64,000 nt of DNA from NCBI GenBank assembly GCA_963713485.1, contig CAVQLW010000005.1, positions 196,052 to 260,051 of the forward strand, given 5' to 3'. The notes beneath the pieces are model-generated. The model saw nothing but the letters and a program-made list of their open reading frames with translations, did no database searches and was not told the DNA's origin. The position numbers and the translations under genes are program-made. Every line of letters starts with the position of its first letter. Within the stretch, counting starts at the first letter, position 1. Shown one piece after another: positions 36,697 to 45,867 of this stretch. The DNA comes from Candidatus Dormiibacterota bacterium. GTDB taxonomy: Bacteria; Chloroflexota; Dormibacteria; Aeolococcales; Aeolococcaceae.

Positions 36697-36939
36697 GAAC
36701 TCACCGAAGCGTATCAGGGGGCCGGGGGACCCACTCGACCGCCCGGCGCGGGAAGCGTCAGAGACGCGATCAGGTGGGGCAGGCAGCGGGCCTCCGGATG
36801 GGAACGGCCACGATGGAGCCGTGGCCGGAGCGGTGGCAGAACCCGGCGCCCGCTGCCCGACGAGCCCTGGATGGAGGGGGTGCAGCCCTACATCTTGTGG
36901 CCTGGGCGCAAGGCTAGCACATCATGCGGTGGTGTTCAA

Positions 36940-37668
36940 TCACCGGTCGAGGTACGGCGCGAACCCGGCCGCGAGCGCCTCGGCCAGCTCCTCCCAGGTC
37001 ACGGGACGGCCCGTGATCTCTCGCACGCTCGCTCCTGGGACTGAGGCCGGCTCGCCCGAGTTGAGATAGCGCGCGGCGCTCGGCGGCTCGAGCAGGACCG
37101 ACCCGTGCTGGAGCAGCGCCCCGCCGCGGCGTGCCTGCGCGCTCCCGACGAGCTTCCGGCCCCTTGCGTCGAGCAGCTCATGCGCGGCCGGTCGGGCAAA
37201 GCAGTCGGCGACGGCAGCGCCTTCACGCGCATCGCGACGGAGGTCGGCGGGCAGCGCCCGCTGCGCGGTGACCACGCCGAGCAGCGCGAGCCCGGCGGCG
37301 ATCGCTCCGTGGATCCGCGCGCACAACTCGAGCACCCGTCCCCCGAAGACGGGATCGCTCGCGCGGCAGACCACGCAGTAGGTGACCTCCGCGTCGTGGA
37401 GCACCGCCCGGCCACCGCTCGGGCGCCGGACGACGTCGACGCCGTCGCGCGCGCACGCCTCGAGGTTCACGTCGCTGAGCGGCTGCATGCGTCCGAGGCT
37501 CAGACACGCCGGACGGAATCCGTAGAGACGCACGGCACCGGTGGTCGTCCCCCGTGCGCACTCGTCGAGCAGCGCCACGTCGCGGCGCATGTTCTCCTCC
37601 CCCGGGGCCGGCGCATCGATGATGAGCGCGAGCCCGGGTCGGGCGGCGACGGGCGCGACCTCAGACAT
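36940..37668 (-). CDS. Lipoate--protein ligase family protein (BPL/LPL catalytic domain)
   Basis: RRPSGGRAVLHD...KLVGSAQ pattern of the LplA/LipB catalytic fold. Last gene of the hom-thrC-thrB-ask-ychF run. Confidence 0.7.
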   Translation of the reverse strand: MSEVAPVAARPGLALIIDAPAPGEENMRRDVALLDECARGTTTGAVRLYGFRPACLSLGRMQPLSDVNLEACARDGVDVVRRPSGGRAVLHDAEVTYCVVCRASDPVFGGRVLELCARIHGAIAAGLALLGVVTAQRALPADLRRDAREGAAVADCFARPAAHELLDARGRKLVGSAQARRGGALLQHGSVLLEPPSAARYLNSGEPASVPGASVREITGRPVTWEELAEALAAGFAPYLDR

Positions 37669-38749
37669 TGAAGCGCACGTGGATGACGTCGCCGTCGTGC
37701 ATCACGTAGTCGCGTCCTTCGAGCCGCTGCCTGCCGCGCTCACGCACCACAGCATAGGAACCGGCGTCGAGCAGCTCCTCGGCATCGGTGACCTCGGCCC
37801 GGATGAAACCGCGCGCGAGGTCGGTGTGGATGCTCGCGGCCGCGTCGAGCGCGGTCTCACCCTCACGCAGCGTCCATGCGCGGACCTCGGTGTCCCCGGC
37901 GGTGAAGAACGTGATGAGCCGGAGCAGCCGGTATGCCGTACGAGCGACGCGGTGCAGCCCCGGCTCCTCGAGCCCGAGGTCGCGGAGGAAGGCGATGCGA
38001 TCACCCGGATCCAGCTCCGCGAGCTCGTTCTCGATGCGCGCCGACACCGCGATGGCGTCGCCACCCGCCTCTGCCGCACGCTCGACGATGGCGGGAGCGA
38101 CGGGCTTCGACGCCGACTGCTCGTCCACGTTGACGATCACCACGAGCGGCTTGCCGGTGAGCAGCCACAGCTCGCGCAGTGCAATCCGTTCCTCAGCGCT
38201 CAGTGACATGGTGCGCACGGGCCTTCCCAGGTCGAGGTGAGCCTGGACGCGCTGCAGCAGCGCGATCAGCTCCGGCTCCTTGTCCTTCTGCAGCCGGGAA
38301 TTCCGCTCGGTGCGTTCGAGCCGGCGCGTGATCGTGTCGAGGTCGGCGAGCTGGAGCTCCAGCTCGAGCACGTCGATGTCGCGCACCGGGTCGACACCGC
38401 CTTCGACGTGCGTGACGTCGGGGTCCTCGAACGCGCGCACGACGAGCGCCGTCGCGTCGGCTTCGCGGATGTGTCCGAGGAACCGGTTGCCGAGACCCTC
38501 GCCGCGGCTCGCGCCCCGCACCAGGCCCGCGATGTCGGTGAACGTGACCGTCGCGGGGATCACCTTGGGCGGCTGGAACAGCGCCGCGAGACGGTCGAGG
38601 CGGTCGTCGGGCACCGGCACCACGCCGGTGTTGGGCTCGATGGTCGTGAACGGGTAGTTGCCGACCGCGGCGCCCGCCTGGGTCATCGCGTTGAAGAGCG
38701 TGGACTTCCCTGCGTTCGGCAGCCCCACGATGCCGACATTGAGGCTCAA
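37661..38749 (-). CDS. ychF: Redox-regulated ribosome-binding ATPase YchF
   Basis: G1 GLPNAGKST, NxxE instead of NKxD, and a C-terminal TGS domain. Confidence 0.9.
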   Translation of the reverse strand: MSLNVGIVGLPNAGKSTLFNAMTQAGAAVGNYPFTTIEPNTGVVPVPDDRLDRLAALFQPPKVIPATVTFTDIAGLVRGASRGEGLGNRFLGHIREADATALVVRAFEDPDVTHVEGGVDPVRDIDVLELELQLADLDTITRRLERTERNSRLQKDKEPELIALLQRVQAHLDLGRPVRTMSLSAEERIALRELWLLTGKPLVVIVNVDEQSASKPVAPAIVERAAEAGGDAIAVSARIENELAELDPGDRIAFLRDLGLEEPGLHRVARTAYRLLRLITFFTAGDTEVRAWTLREGETALDAAASIHTDLARGFIRAEVTDAEELLDAGSYAVVRERGRQRLEGRDYVMHDGDVIHVRFNV

Positions 38750-39963
38750 ATCCTTTCCAGCTCGAACGCCGTGTGCAGGGCACGGACCGCGTCGCGGACT
38801 CGCGGGCGGTCGATGATGCAGGTCACGTGGATCTCGCCCGTCGCGATCATCTGGATGTTGATGCCCTTGTCGGCGAGCGCTCGGAAGATCTTCGCGTAGA
38901 TGCCGGGCGCGCCCTTGAGCCCGCTGCCGATCACGCTGACCTTGGCGATGCCCGCGGTCGCCAGATAGCCCTGGGCATGCACGCTGCGGGCCACGCCGGC
39001 GAGCATGCGGCGCGCCCGCGGCAGGTTCAACTCCGCGATGGTGAAGCTGACGTCCGTCGTCCCGTCGTGGGAGACGTTCTGCAGGACGATGTCGACGTCG
39101 ATGCCCGCGTCGCCGAAGGGTCCGAAGATCGATGCCGCAACGCCGGGCTGATCGGGGACGCGCAGCAGCGTCACCTTCGCCACGTCGGTCTCGTGCGCGA
39201 TGGCGCGCACCTTCTGCCGTGTCTCCATCTCGCTCGTTCTCGCGATGATTGTCCCTGGTTCGTCGTCGAAGGTGGATCGGACGCGGATCTCCATCCCGTA
39301 GGCCTCACCGATCTCGACGGCGCGCGGGTGCATGACGCGCGCGCCGGCCGATGCGAGCTCGAGCATCTCGCCGTAGTCGATCGCGGGGATGACCCGCGCG
39401 TCGGGAACGACGCGTGGGTCCGCGGTGTGCACGCCGGGGACGTCCGTGAAGATCTCGCAGTGGTGCGCGTGGATCGCGACCGCGAGCGCCACGGCCGTCG
39501 TGTCGGAGCCGCCGCGGCCGAGCGTCGTGACGTCCATGTCCTCCGTCGCGCCCTGAAACCCGGCGACCACCACCACGTTCCCCGCGGCAAGCTCGTCGAG
39601 CACGCGCTGCGGGACGATGTCGACGATCCGCGCCGTGCGATGCGCGCCGCTCGTCCGGATGCCGGCCTGCGCGCCGGTGAGCGATATCGCCGGCGTTCCC
39701 GCGGCGTGCAACGCCATCGCCAGCAGCGGTGCGGTGATCGTCTCGCCGCTGCTGAGCAGCATGTCCATCTCGCGCGACGGCGGATCGCCGGTGACGCGGT
39801 GCGCGAGCGCGATGAGCTCGTCCGTGGTGTCGCCCATGGCGCTCACCACGACGACGACCTCGGTGCCTGACCCGAGGGACTCGCGGATGCGCCGCGCGAC
39901 ACGCCGCAGCTTGAGCGGCGTGGCCACGCTGGAGCCGCCGTATTTCTGCACGACACGCGTCAC
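38746..39963 (-). CDS. lysC: Aspartate kinase
   Basis: N-terminal KYGGSSV and two C-terminal ACT domains. 405 aa. Confidence 0.9.
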   Translation of the reverse strand: MTRVVQKYGGSSVATPLKLRRVARRIRESLGSGTEVVVVVSAMGDTTDELIALAHRVTGDPPSREMDMLLSSGETITAPLLAMALHAAGTPAISLTGAQAGIRTSGAHRTARIVDIVPQRVLDELAAGNVVVVAGFQGATEDMDVTTLGRGGSDTTAVALAVAIHAHHCEIFTDVPGVHTADPRVVPDARVIPAIDYGEMLELASAGARVMHPRAVEIGEAYGMEIRVRSTFDDEPGTIIARTSEMETRQKVRAIAHETDVAKVTLLRVPDQPGVAASIFGPFGDAGIDVDIVLQNVSHDGTTDVSFTIAELNLPRARRMLAGVARSVHAQGYLATAGIAKVSVIGSGLKGAPGIYAKIFRALADKGINIQMIATGEIHVTCIIDRPRVRDAVRALHTAFELERI

Positions 39964-40856
39964 GGCGAGACGTCCACCCGGGTGCCGAAGTTGCGGGGCG
40001 CGAGCACCATGGTCACCCCGGCGACGCCCGCGGCAGCCGCGGCGGCCTGCATCGCCGCCTCGATCGGCGTTGTGTCGAGCGGCGTCAGCGCGACGATCGA
40101 CGGTCCCGCCCCGGCAAGTGCCGCACCCGATGCGCCCGCCGCGCGCGCCGCGTCAAGGATCGACCGGCCCCCCGGGATCAGTGCGAAGCGGGCGTCCTGG
40201 TGCCATCGATCCTCCATCGCGACGCCGAGCGCGGCGTGGTCCCCGAGCGCGAGCGCACGGACCAGCAGCGCGCACCGCGACGCGTTGAAGATCGCGTCCT
40301 CGCGACCGAACTCCTCCGGGACGGCGAGGCGCGACTCGTTGGTGGCGAAGGGACGGTCCGGGATGAAGAGAACCGCGCGGAGCTCATCGCTCACCGCCAT
40401 GCGCTCCGCGGCCGCTCCCGGCGCGCAGATCGCGAGCCCGCCGAGCAGCGCCGCCGCGGCGTTGTCGCGGTGGCCCTCGAGCACCGTGACACAGTCGAGC
40501 ACGTCGGTCTCATCCCACGGGGCCTGGTGCAGCGCGGTCGCCGCGAGGACACCGGCGAGCGACGCCGCTGCGCTCGATCCGAGACCCCGGCCGATCGGGA
40601 TCCGGTTGACACAGCTGAAGTGCACGCCTCGCGCCTCGACCCGGAGCCGGGCGCAGGCGTGGGCGTATGCCCGGGTCACGAGGTTGGTCTCGGGGTCGCG
40701 AAGCTCCTGAGCTGCGCCGGGACCCGGGTCGATCGTGAGGTCGCCGGAACGCTGCTCGGCCCTGACGTCGTTCTGGAGCTGCAGCGCCAGCGCGAGGATG
40801 TCGAACCCCGGACCGAGGTTCGCGACGCTCGCTGGCACGGCGACCCGGACGCGCAT
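39960..40856 (-). CDS. thrB: Homoserine kinase
   Basis: GHMP kinase motif PIGRGLGSSAA. The start is at MRVRVAVPASVANLGPGFD. Confidence 0.88.
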   Translation of the reverse strand: MRVRVAVPASVANLGPGFDILALALQLQNDVRAEQRSGDLTIDPGPGAAQELRDPETNLVTRAYAHACARLRVEARGVHFSCVNRIPIGRGLGSSAAASLAGVLAATALHQAPWDETDVLDCVTVLEGHRDNAAAALLGGLAICAPGAAAERMAVSDELRAVLFIPDRPFATNESRLAVPEEFGREDAIFNASRCALLVRALALGDHAALGVAMEDRWHQDARFALIPGGRSILDAARAAGASGAALAGAGPSIVALTPLDTTPIEAAMQAAAAAAGVAGVTMVLAPRNFGTRVDVSP

Positions 40857-40863
40857 GGGGTGG

Positions 40864-41922
40864 TCAGACTCCGACGGCGCGCGCCAGCGCGCCGGCATCG
40901 GCAGGGATCTCCAGGATCGACCCGAGCGCGCCGTCCATCGCGCCGGGGTCCTTGAGGCCGTTCCCGGTGAGGACGCAGACCGCGTGCGCGCCGGGCGCGA
41001 CCAGACCCTGCTGGACCGCGTGCTCGAGCACCGCGAGCGCGGCCGCCGACGCGGGCTCGCAGAAGATGCCCTCGAGCCGTGCGAGGCGTCGCTGCGCGTC
41101 GAGGATCGCCTCGTCGGTGACCGCGGCGATCATCCCCTCGGACTGGTCGCGAGCATCGATCGCTCCCTGCCACGACGCCGGGTTGCCGATGCGGATCGCC
41201 GTCGCGACCGTCTGCGGGTCGTCGACCGGGCGCCCGATGACGAGCGGCGCCGCCCCCGCGGCCTGACCGCCGATGAGTCGCGGCAACCGGCTCGCGCGGC
41301 CGTCGCGGTGATCCTCGCGGAAGCCGCGCCAGTACGCGGTGATGTTGCCGGCGTTGCCGACGGGGAGCGCGAGCACGTCGGGCGCGTCGCCGAACTGCTC
41401 GACGATCTCGAATGCGGCCGTCTTCTGCCCGTCGATGCGGCTCGGGTTGACACTGTTCACCAGCGTCACCGGATGCTGCTCGCACAGCTCGCGAACCATG
41501 CGCAGCGCCACGTCGAACCCGGCGTCCACGCTGATCACGGTGGCGCCGTGCACGCGCGCCTGCAGCAGCTTTCCCGACGCGATGCGTCCCGCCGGCACCA
41601 CCACGCAGGTGCGAAGCCCGAAGCGCCCGCCGTACGCCGCCGCCGATGCGCTGGTGTTCCCGGTCGACGCGCAGATGATCGCCCGGCTTCCGGCGTGGAG
41701 GGCGGCGGCGACCGCGACCGCCATGCCGCGGTCCTTGAACGATCCGCTCGGGTTGAGGCCCTCGAGCTTGAAGTGCAGCGATCCCAGACGGAGTGCCCGG
41801 CCGACGTGCAGCGACTCGACGCACGGCGTGTCACCCTCACCGAGGCTCACCCGCGGTGCGTCCGCGGGCAGATCGAGGCGCTCACCCCAGCGGGCGATGA
41901 CGCCGCGTGCTCCAGGGCTCAT
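40864..41922 (-). CDS. thrC: Threonine synthase
   Basis: PLP lysine motif SGSFKDRG. The start is at MSPGARG, overlapping the hom stop. Confidence 0.88.
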   Translation of the reverse strand: MSPGARGVIARWGERLDLPADAPRVSLGEGDTPCVESLHVGRALRLGSLHFKLEGLNPSGSFKDRGMAVAVAAALHAGSRAIICASTGNTSASAAAYGGRFGLRTCVVVPAGRIASGKLLQARVHGATVISVDAGFDVALRMVRELCEQHPVTLVNSVNPSRIDGQKTAAFEIVEQFGDAPDVLALPVGNAGNITAYWRGFREDHRDGRASRLPRLIGGQAAGAAPLVIGRPVDDPQTVATAIRIGNPASWQGAIDARDQSEGMIAAVTDEAILDAQRRLARLEGIFCEPASAAALAVLEHAVQQGLVAPGAHAVCVLTGNGLKDPGAMDGALGSILEIPADAGALARAVGV

Positions 41923-43202
41923 GCGGTCTCGACGCGGCGCTCGACCCGGTCGAGCGCGCATTCGATGGCATCGACGGAGGACAGCGTGTCGAGTGTCTCG
42001 AGCGCGCGGTCGTGCACCGCACGGGGCGCCACACCGGTGAGCACGGCCAGCTGCGGTCCGGGCAGGTCGACCGCCGCGTCGACTGCGAGGCCGCGGTCCT
42101 CGAGGGCCTGGAGGACGAGGGCACGCCCGTCCCCCACCCCGCTCAGGCGAAGCCGGACGTACCCGGCGACCTCGACGTCCTCATCGCCGAGGATGGTCGC
42201 CTCGCCGGGCACCGGCAGGGCGGCGCGCGGAGCGTCGCGCTCCCGCACCGCCTCGACCACGTCGCTGACCACGGCGCTTGCGGTCGACGCTCCGCCGGCG
42301 CCGAGCCCGCGCAGCATCACCGTCCCTGCGAGATCGCTCGAGATGATGACAGCATTGTCAGCATCATCGACGTCCGCGAGCAGGTGGCCCGGTCCCACGG
42401 CCGTGGGCCGGACGCGAAGGTGCACCGCCTGGTTCGACGCGCGCTCCGCGTGCGCGACGAGGCGCACGCGGTATCCCAGCTCGGAGAGCACGGCGACGTC
42501 ATCCCCGTGCACCCTCCTGATGCCCACACGATCGACCGTGTCCGTGGGGACGTATGCCCCGAACCCGAGCCAGGCGAGGATCACGAGCTTGTGCGTCGCA
42601 TCCCAGCCGTCGACGTCGAGCGTGGGATCCATCTCGGCGAAGCCCCGGCGCTGCGCGTCCGCAAGGGCCGCGTCGAAGCTCGTCCCGGGGCTGCGCAGGC
42701 GCGTGAGGATGACGTTGGTCGTGCCGTTGATCACGCAGTCGATCGCGCTGATGCGATCGCCGAGCAGGCTGCGCTCGAGCAACGACACGATCGGCAGCCC
42801 GGCGCCGACCGCCGCCTCGAAGTACAGGCCCGCGCCGTGCTCGTGCGCAAGGGCGGCGAGCCGGGGGCCCGATGCCGCGATGACCGCCTTGTTCGCGGTG
42901 ACGACGCTCTTGCCGGCCCGCAGCGCCGTCTCGATGAGCCCCGTGGCCGGGTCGGTCCCACCGATCGCCTCGACGACGACCGCCACCGCCGGGTCGGCGA
43001 CCACCGCCTGCGCGTCCCCGACCACGCGGACGTTCTTGAGGTCGAGGTCGCGGCGCCGAGCGACGTCCCGGACTGCCGCGCAGCGCAGCACCGGAGTTGC
43101 GCCGGCGCGCTCGCCGAGCAGCTCCCACTCCGCGATCAGCCGGCTCGCGACGGCACTCCCCACCGTGCCGAGCCCGAGCAGCCCCACGCCCACCGATTCC
43201 AT
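41919..43202 (-). CDS. hom: Homoserine dehydrogenase
   Basis: N-terminal NAD-binding motif GLLGLGTVG, a catalytic domain and a C-terminal ACT domain. Confidence 0.9.
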   Translation of the reverse strand: MESVGVGLLGLGTVGSAVASRLIAEWELLGERAGATPVLRCAAVRDVARRRDLDLKNVRVVGDAQAVVADPAVAVVVEAIGGTDPATGLIETALRAGKSVVTANKAVIAASGPRLAALAHEHGAGLYFEAAVGAGLPIVSLLERSLLGDRISAIDCVINGTTNVILTRLRSPGTSFDAALADAQRRGFAEMDPTLDVDGWDATHKLVILAWLGFGAYVPTDTVDRVGIRRVHGDDVAVLSELGYRVRLVAHAERASNQAVHLRVRPTAVGPGHLLADVDDADNAVIISSDLAGTVMLRGLGAGGASTASAVVSDVVEAVRERDAPRAALPVPGEATILGDEDVEVAGYVRLRLSGVGDGRALVLQALEDRGLAVDAAVDLPGPQLAVLTGVAPRAVHDRALETLDTLSSVDAIECALDRVERRVETA

Positions 43203-43223
43203 TGGCGGGCAGTGTATTGGGGC

Positions 43224-43826
43224 TCAGATGATGTGCCGCCTCCAGGCGAGGAGCACGGCGGCGGCGCGGTCCTTGCAGCCGAGCTTCTCGAGGATGTTGC
43301 TCACGTGCGTCTTCACCGTGTTCTCGCTGAGGAACAGCTGCACCGCGATCTCGGCGTTGTTCTTGCCGTCGGCCATGAGCCGGAGCACGTCCCGCTCGCG
43401 ACGGGTGATGCTCGGCATGCCCTGGACGGCATTGCTGACCAGCTGCGGGTCGAGCAGCGACTCCCCCGCCGCGACGGCGCGGATGGCGCCCGCGAGCTCC
43501 TCGCGCGTGGTGTCCTTGAGGAGGTAGCCGAGCGCGCCGGCCTTGAGCGACGGAAAGATGTAGTCCTCGTTCCGATACGTCGTGAGGACGATCACGCGCG
43601 CCTCGGGGTCGTGGGAGCGGATCTTCTTGAGCGCCTCGATGCCGTCCATCACCGGCATCTGCACGTCCATGAGGATGACGTCGGGATGCGTCCGCCGCGC
43701 CTGCTCGACGGCATCGGCGCCGTCGGCGGCGCGTCCGACCACCTGGATGTCCGCTTCGAGCTCGAGCATCGTGCAGAGCCCGTCACGAACGACCGGATGA
43801 TCGTCGGCGACGAGGACGGTGATCAC
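43224..43826 (-). CDS. NarL/LuxR-family response regulator
   Basis: REC domain (DDHPVVR...D54...K) plus a LuxR helix-turn-helix (TRRERDVLRLMADGKNNAEIA). Confidence 0.88.
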   Translation of the reverse strand: MITVLVADDHPVVRDGLCTMLELEADIQVVGRAADGADAVEQARRTHPDVILMDVQMPVMDGIEALKKIRSHDPEARVIVLTTYRNEDYIFPSLKAGALGYLLKDTTREELAGAIRAVAAGESLLDPQLVSNAVQGMPSITRRERDVLRLMADGKNNAEIAVQLFLSENTVKTHVSNILEKLGCKDRAAAVLLAWRRHII

Positions 43827-45749
43827 GCGGTGTCGGCTTCGGCGCCGGCCTCGGTGAGCGGGAGCCGCGTGGTGACGGTGGTGCCGTGCCCCGGGCTGCT
43901 GACCACCGTGAGCGTGCCGCCGGCGTTCCGCGCCCGTTCTGCCATGCCCTCCAGCCCGTAGCAGTCCTCGCGAGGCGTGCTGGCAGCCGGATCGAATCCG
44001 ACCCCGTCGTCACTGACGGAGAGCACCAGCTCCTGACGCTGCGCGCGCAACTCGACCTCGACATGCTCCGGCCGTCCGTGCCGTGCCGCGTTCGAGAGCG
44101 CCTCCTGGCCGATGCGCAGCAGCGCCACCTCGGACGCGGGCGTCAGGGAGGGGTGATGCGGCATCGCACGGGCCTTGAACCGCGCCGGGATCCCGGTCCG
44201 CTCCTCCCACGCCTCGACCTCGTGGCCGATCGCGGCCACCAGGCCGGTCGCCGAGAGCGGCGCGGGGCGGAGGTTCCACACGGATCGCCTCGCCTCCTGC
44301 AGGGCGCTGCGCGCCAGCTCACGTGCCTTCTCCACCGACACCCTCCCGCGCTCGGAGCCGCGGTCGAGCAGGGTGTCCGCAGCCTCGAGCTCGAGCACGA
44401 TGCCGGTGAGCTGCTGCGCGAGCGTGTCGTGGATCTCGCGCGCGAGCCGGTTGCGCTCCTCGAGCACCGCGTGGTCGGTGAGCGCCTGCACCGGCAGGTA
44501 CATGCGGCGCGAGAGCAGCGTCGTCGCGACGAACGCGAGGCCGACCAGGAGGACGAGCACCGGGAGCACCATCACCGGGAAGAGGCGGTGGACGCTGTCG
44601 TTCACCCCGAGGGTCAGCGAGCTGAGATTGGGCTCCAGATCGCTCACCGCGACCGGTGTGGCCAGCACCCAGCGCGCGCCGAAGATGGGAGCGGTGAAGA
44701 CGTCCTGCGCAACGTGGTTGAGGTTCGCGGTGATCGCGGTCTGCGGCGGATCCTGGGTGGCCTCGACGCGGCGCAGCGCCGACATGAACTTGGGCTGTCC
44801 GGGAACGCTGAGCACCGTGCCGACACCGTTGTCGGGCCCGTACGTGCTGACGAGCTGAGGGCCTGCCCACATGAGCATGCCCGACGCGCTGACGACGAGC
44901 GACGATCCGCCGAGGTCCGACCCGCTGATGAGCGATCTGCCGATCAGCGCCGTCGGGGAGATGTCGACCCCGACGACCGTCCGGTCGTCCGCGAGCTTGA
45001 ACCACGCGCTGACGCCGGAGGCGCCGTCCTCGAGGAGCGGGTACGCATCGGTCCAGTACGGATCCCCGCTGGTGCCCCCCGCGACGTTGGCCGAGTTCGA
45101 CAGCACCGGTATCTCATCGCGAAGCCCGGGCCGGGTCGGGTCGTACCGGGGCACCGTCGTATCGATCGCATCGGTCACGTCGAAGCCCGGATAGGCGCGC
45201 AGGGCGCTCGTGGTCTCGTCCTCGAGCCAGACCGCGCTCGCCTCGGGGTCGGCCTTCAGGAGCGCGGCAACCTGCGCCACGACCGGCGGAGCACCGCTCG
45301 CGGCCGCGAACCTGCCGTCGGTGGCGCCTGGCCGGGAGCTGACCAGCAGCGAGCTCTGACTGCCCTTCTCGCCCTGAGAGAGCACCGTGGCGCCGGGAGC
45401 GCCGGTGAGAAGTCTTCGGGAGCGGGGTTGACGCTGCCACGCTCGCCAGCTCCCGGGTGAGCTCGCTGCCGAGCGCGAGGATCTGGTTGTCGATCCGATC
45501 GACCCGCGTGGCGATCTGGCTCGCTCGCGAGCTCAGCCCCGCCTGCTGGCGGGCCTGCTGCCGCTGCAGGATCGCCGACTCGGTTGCGTTGGCGGTGCTC
45601 TTCGCGACCGTGTCCAGCTCGAAGATCGCCAGCACGGCAAAGGTGACGAGCGGCAGGAGCGCGACCCCGACCATGCCGACGAGCAGACGATTGCGAAACC
45701 GTCTGCGCGGATCCCTTCTGCGCGGACGGCTCCGGAGGCCGATCCTCAT
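43823..45749 (-). CDS. Sensor histidine kinase, NarX/DesK-like (HisKA_3 + HATPase_c), with an apparent frameshift near 45415
   Basis: The C-terminal frame (43823..45385) carries TM2, the HisKA_3 H-box EIHDTLAQQLT and the ATPase domain. The N-terminal TM1 and sensor segment lie in a different frame (45114..45749, MRIGLRS...). The junction is at a G-rich run. Confidence 0.75.
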
Positions 45750-45867
45750 TGCACACCTCCGGACATCGCCTCTGCCTCGAATCGCCCCATCGTCGCGTCG
45801 GACACTCCGGTTCCACTATACGGGCGGGGCACAATGAGCGCTCGTGGATTGTGCGGACCCTCGACTC

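Noticed and set aside
36700-36939. Possible sRNA in the 240-nt gap between the lipoate-ligase gene and the tail-anchored protein gene, containing the hairpin GGCCACG-atggagc-CGTGGCC
   Set aside because: The single hairpin is equally well explained as a terminator for the upstream operon. There is no other conserved-looking structure, so it is left unannotated.
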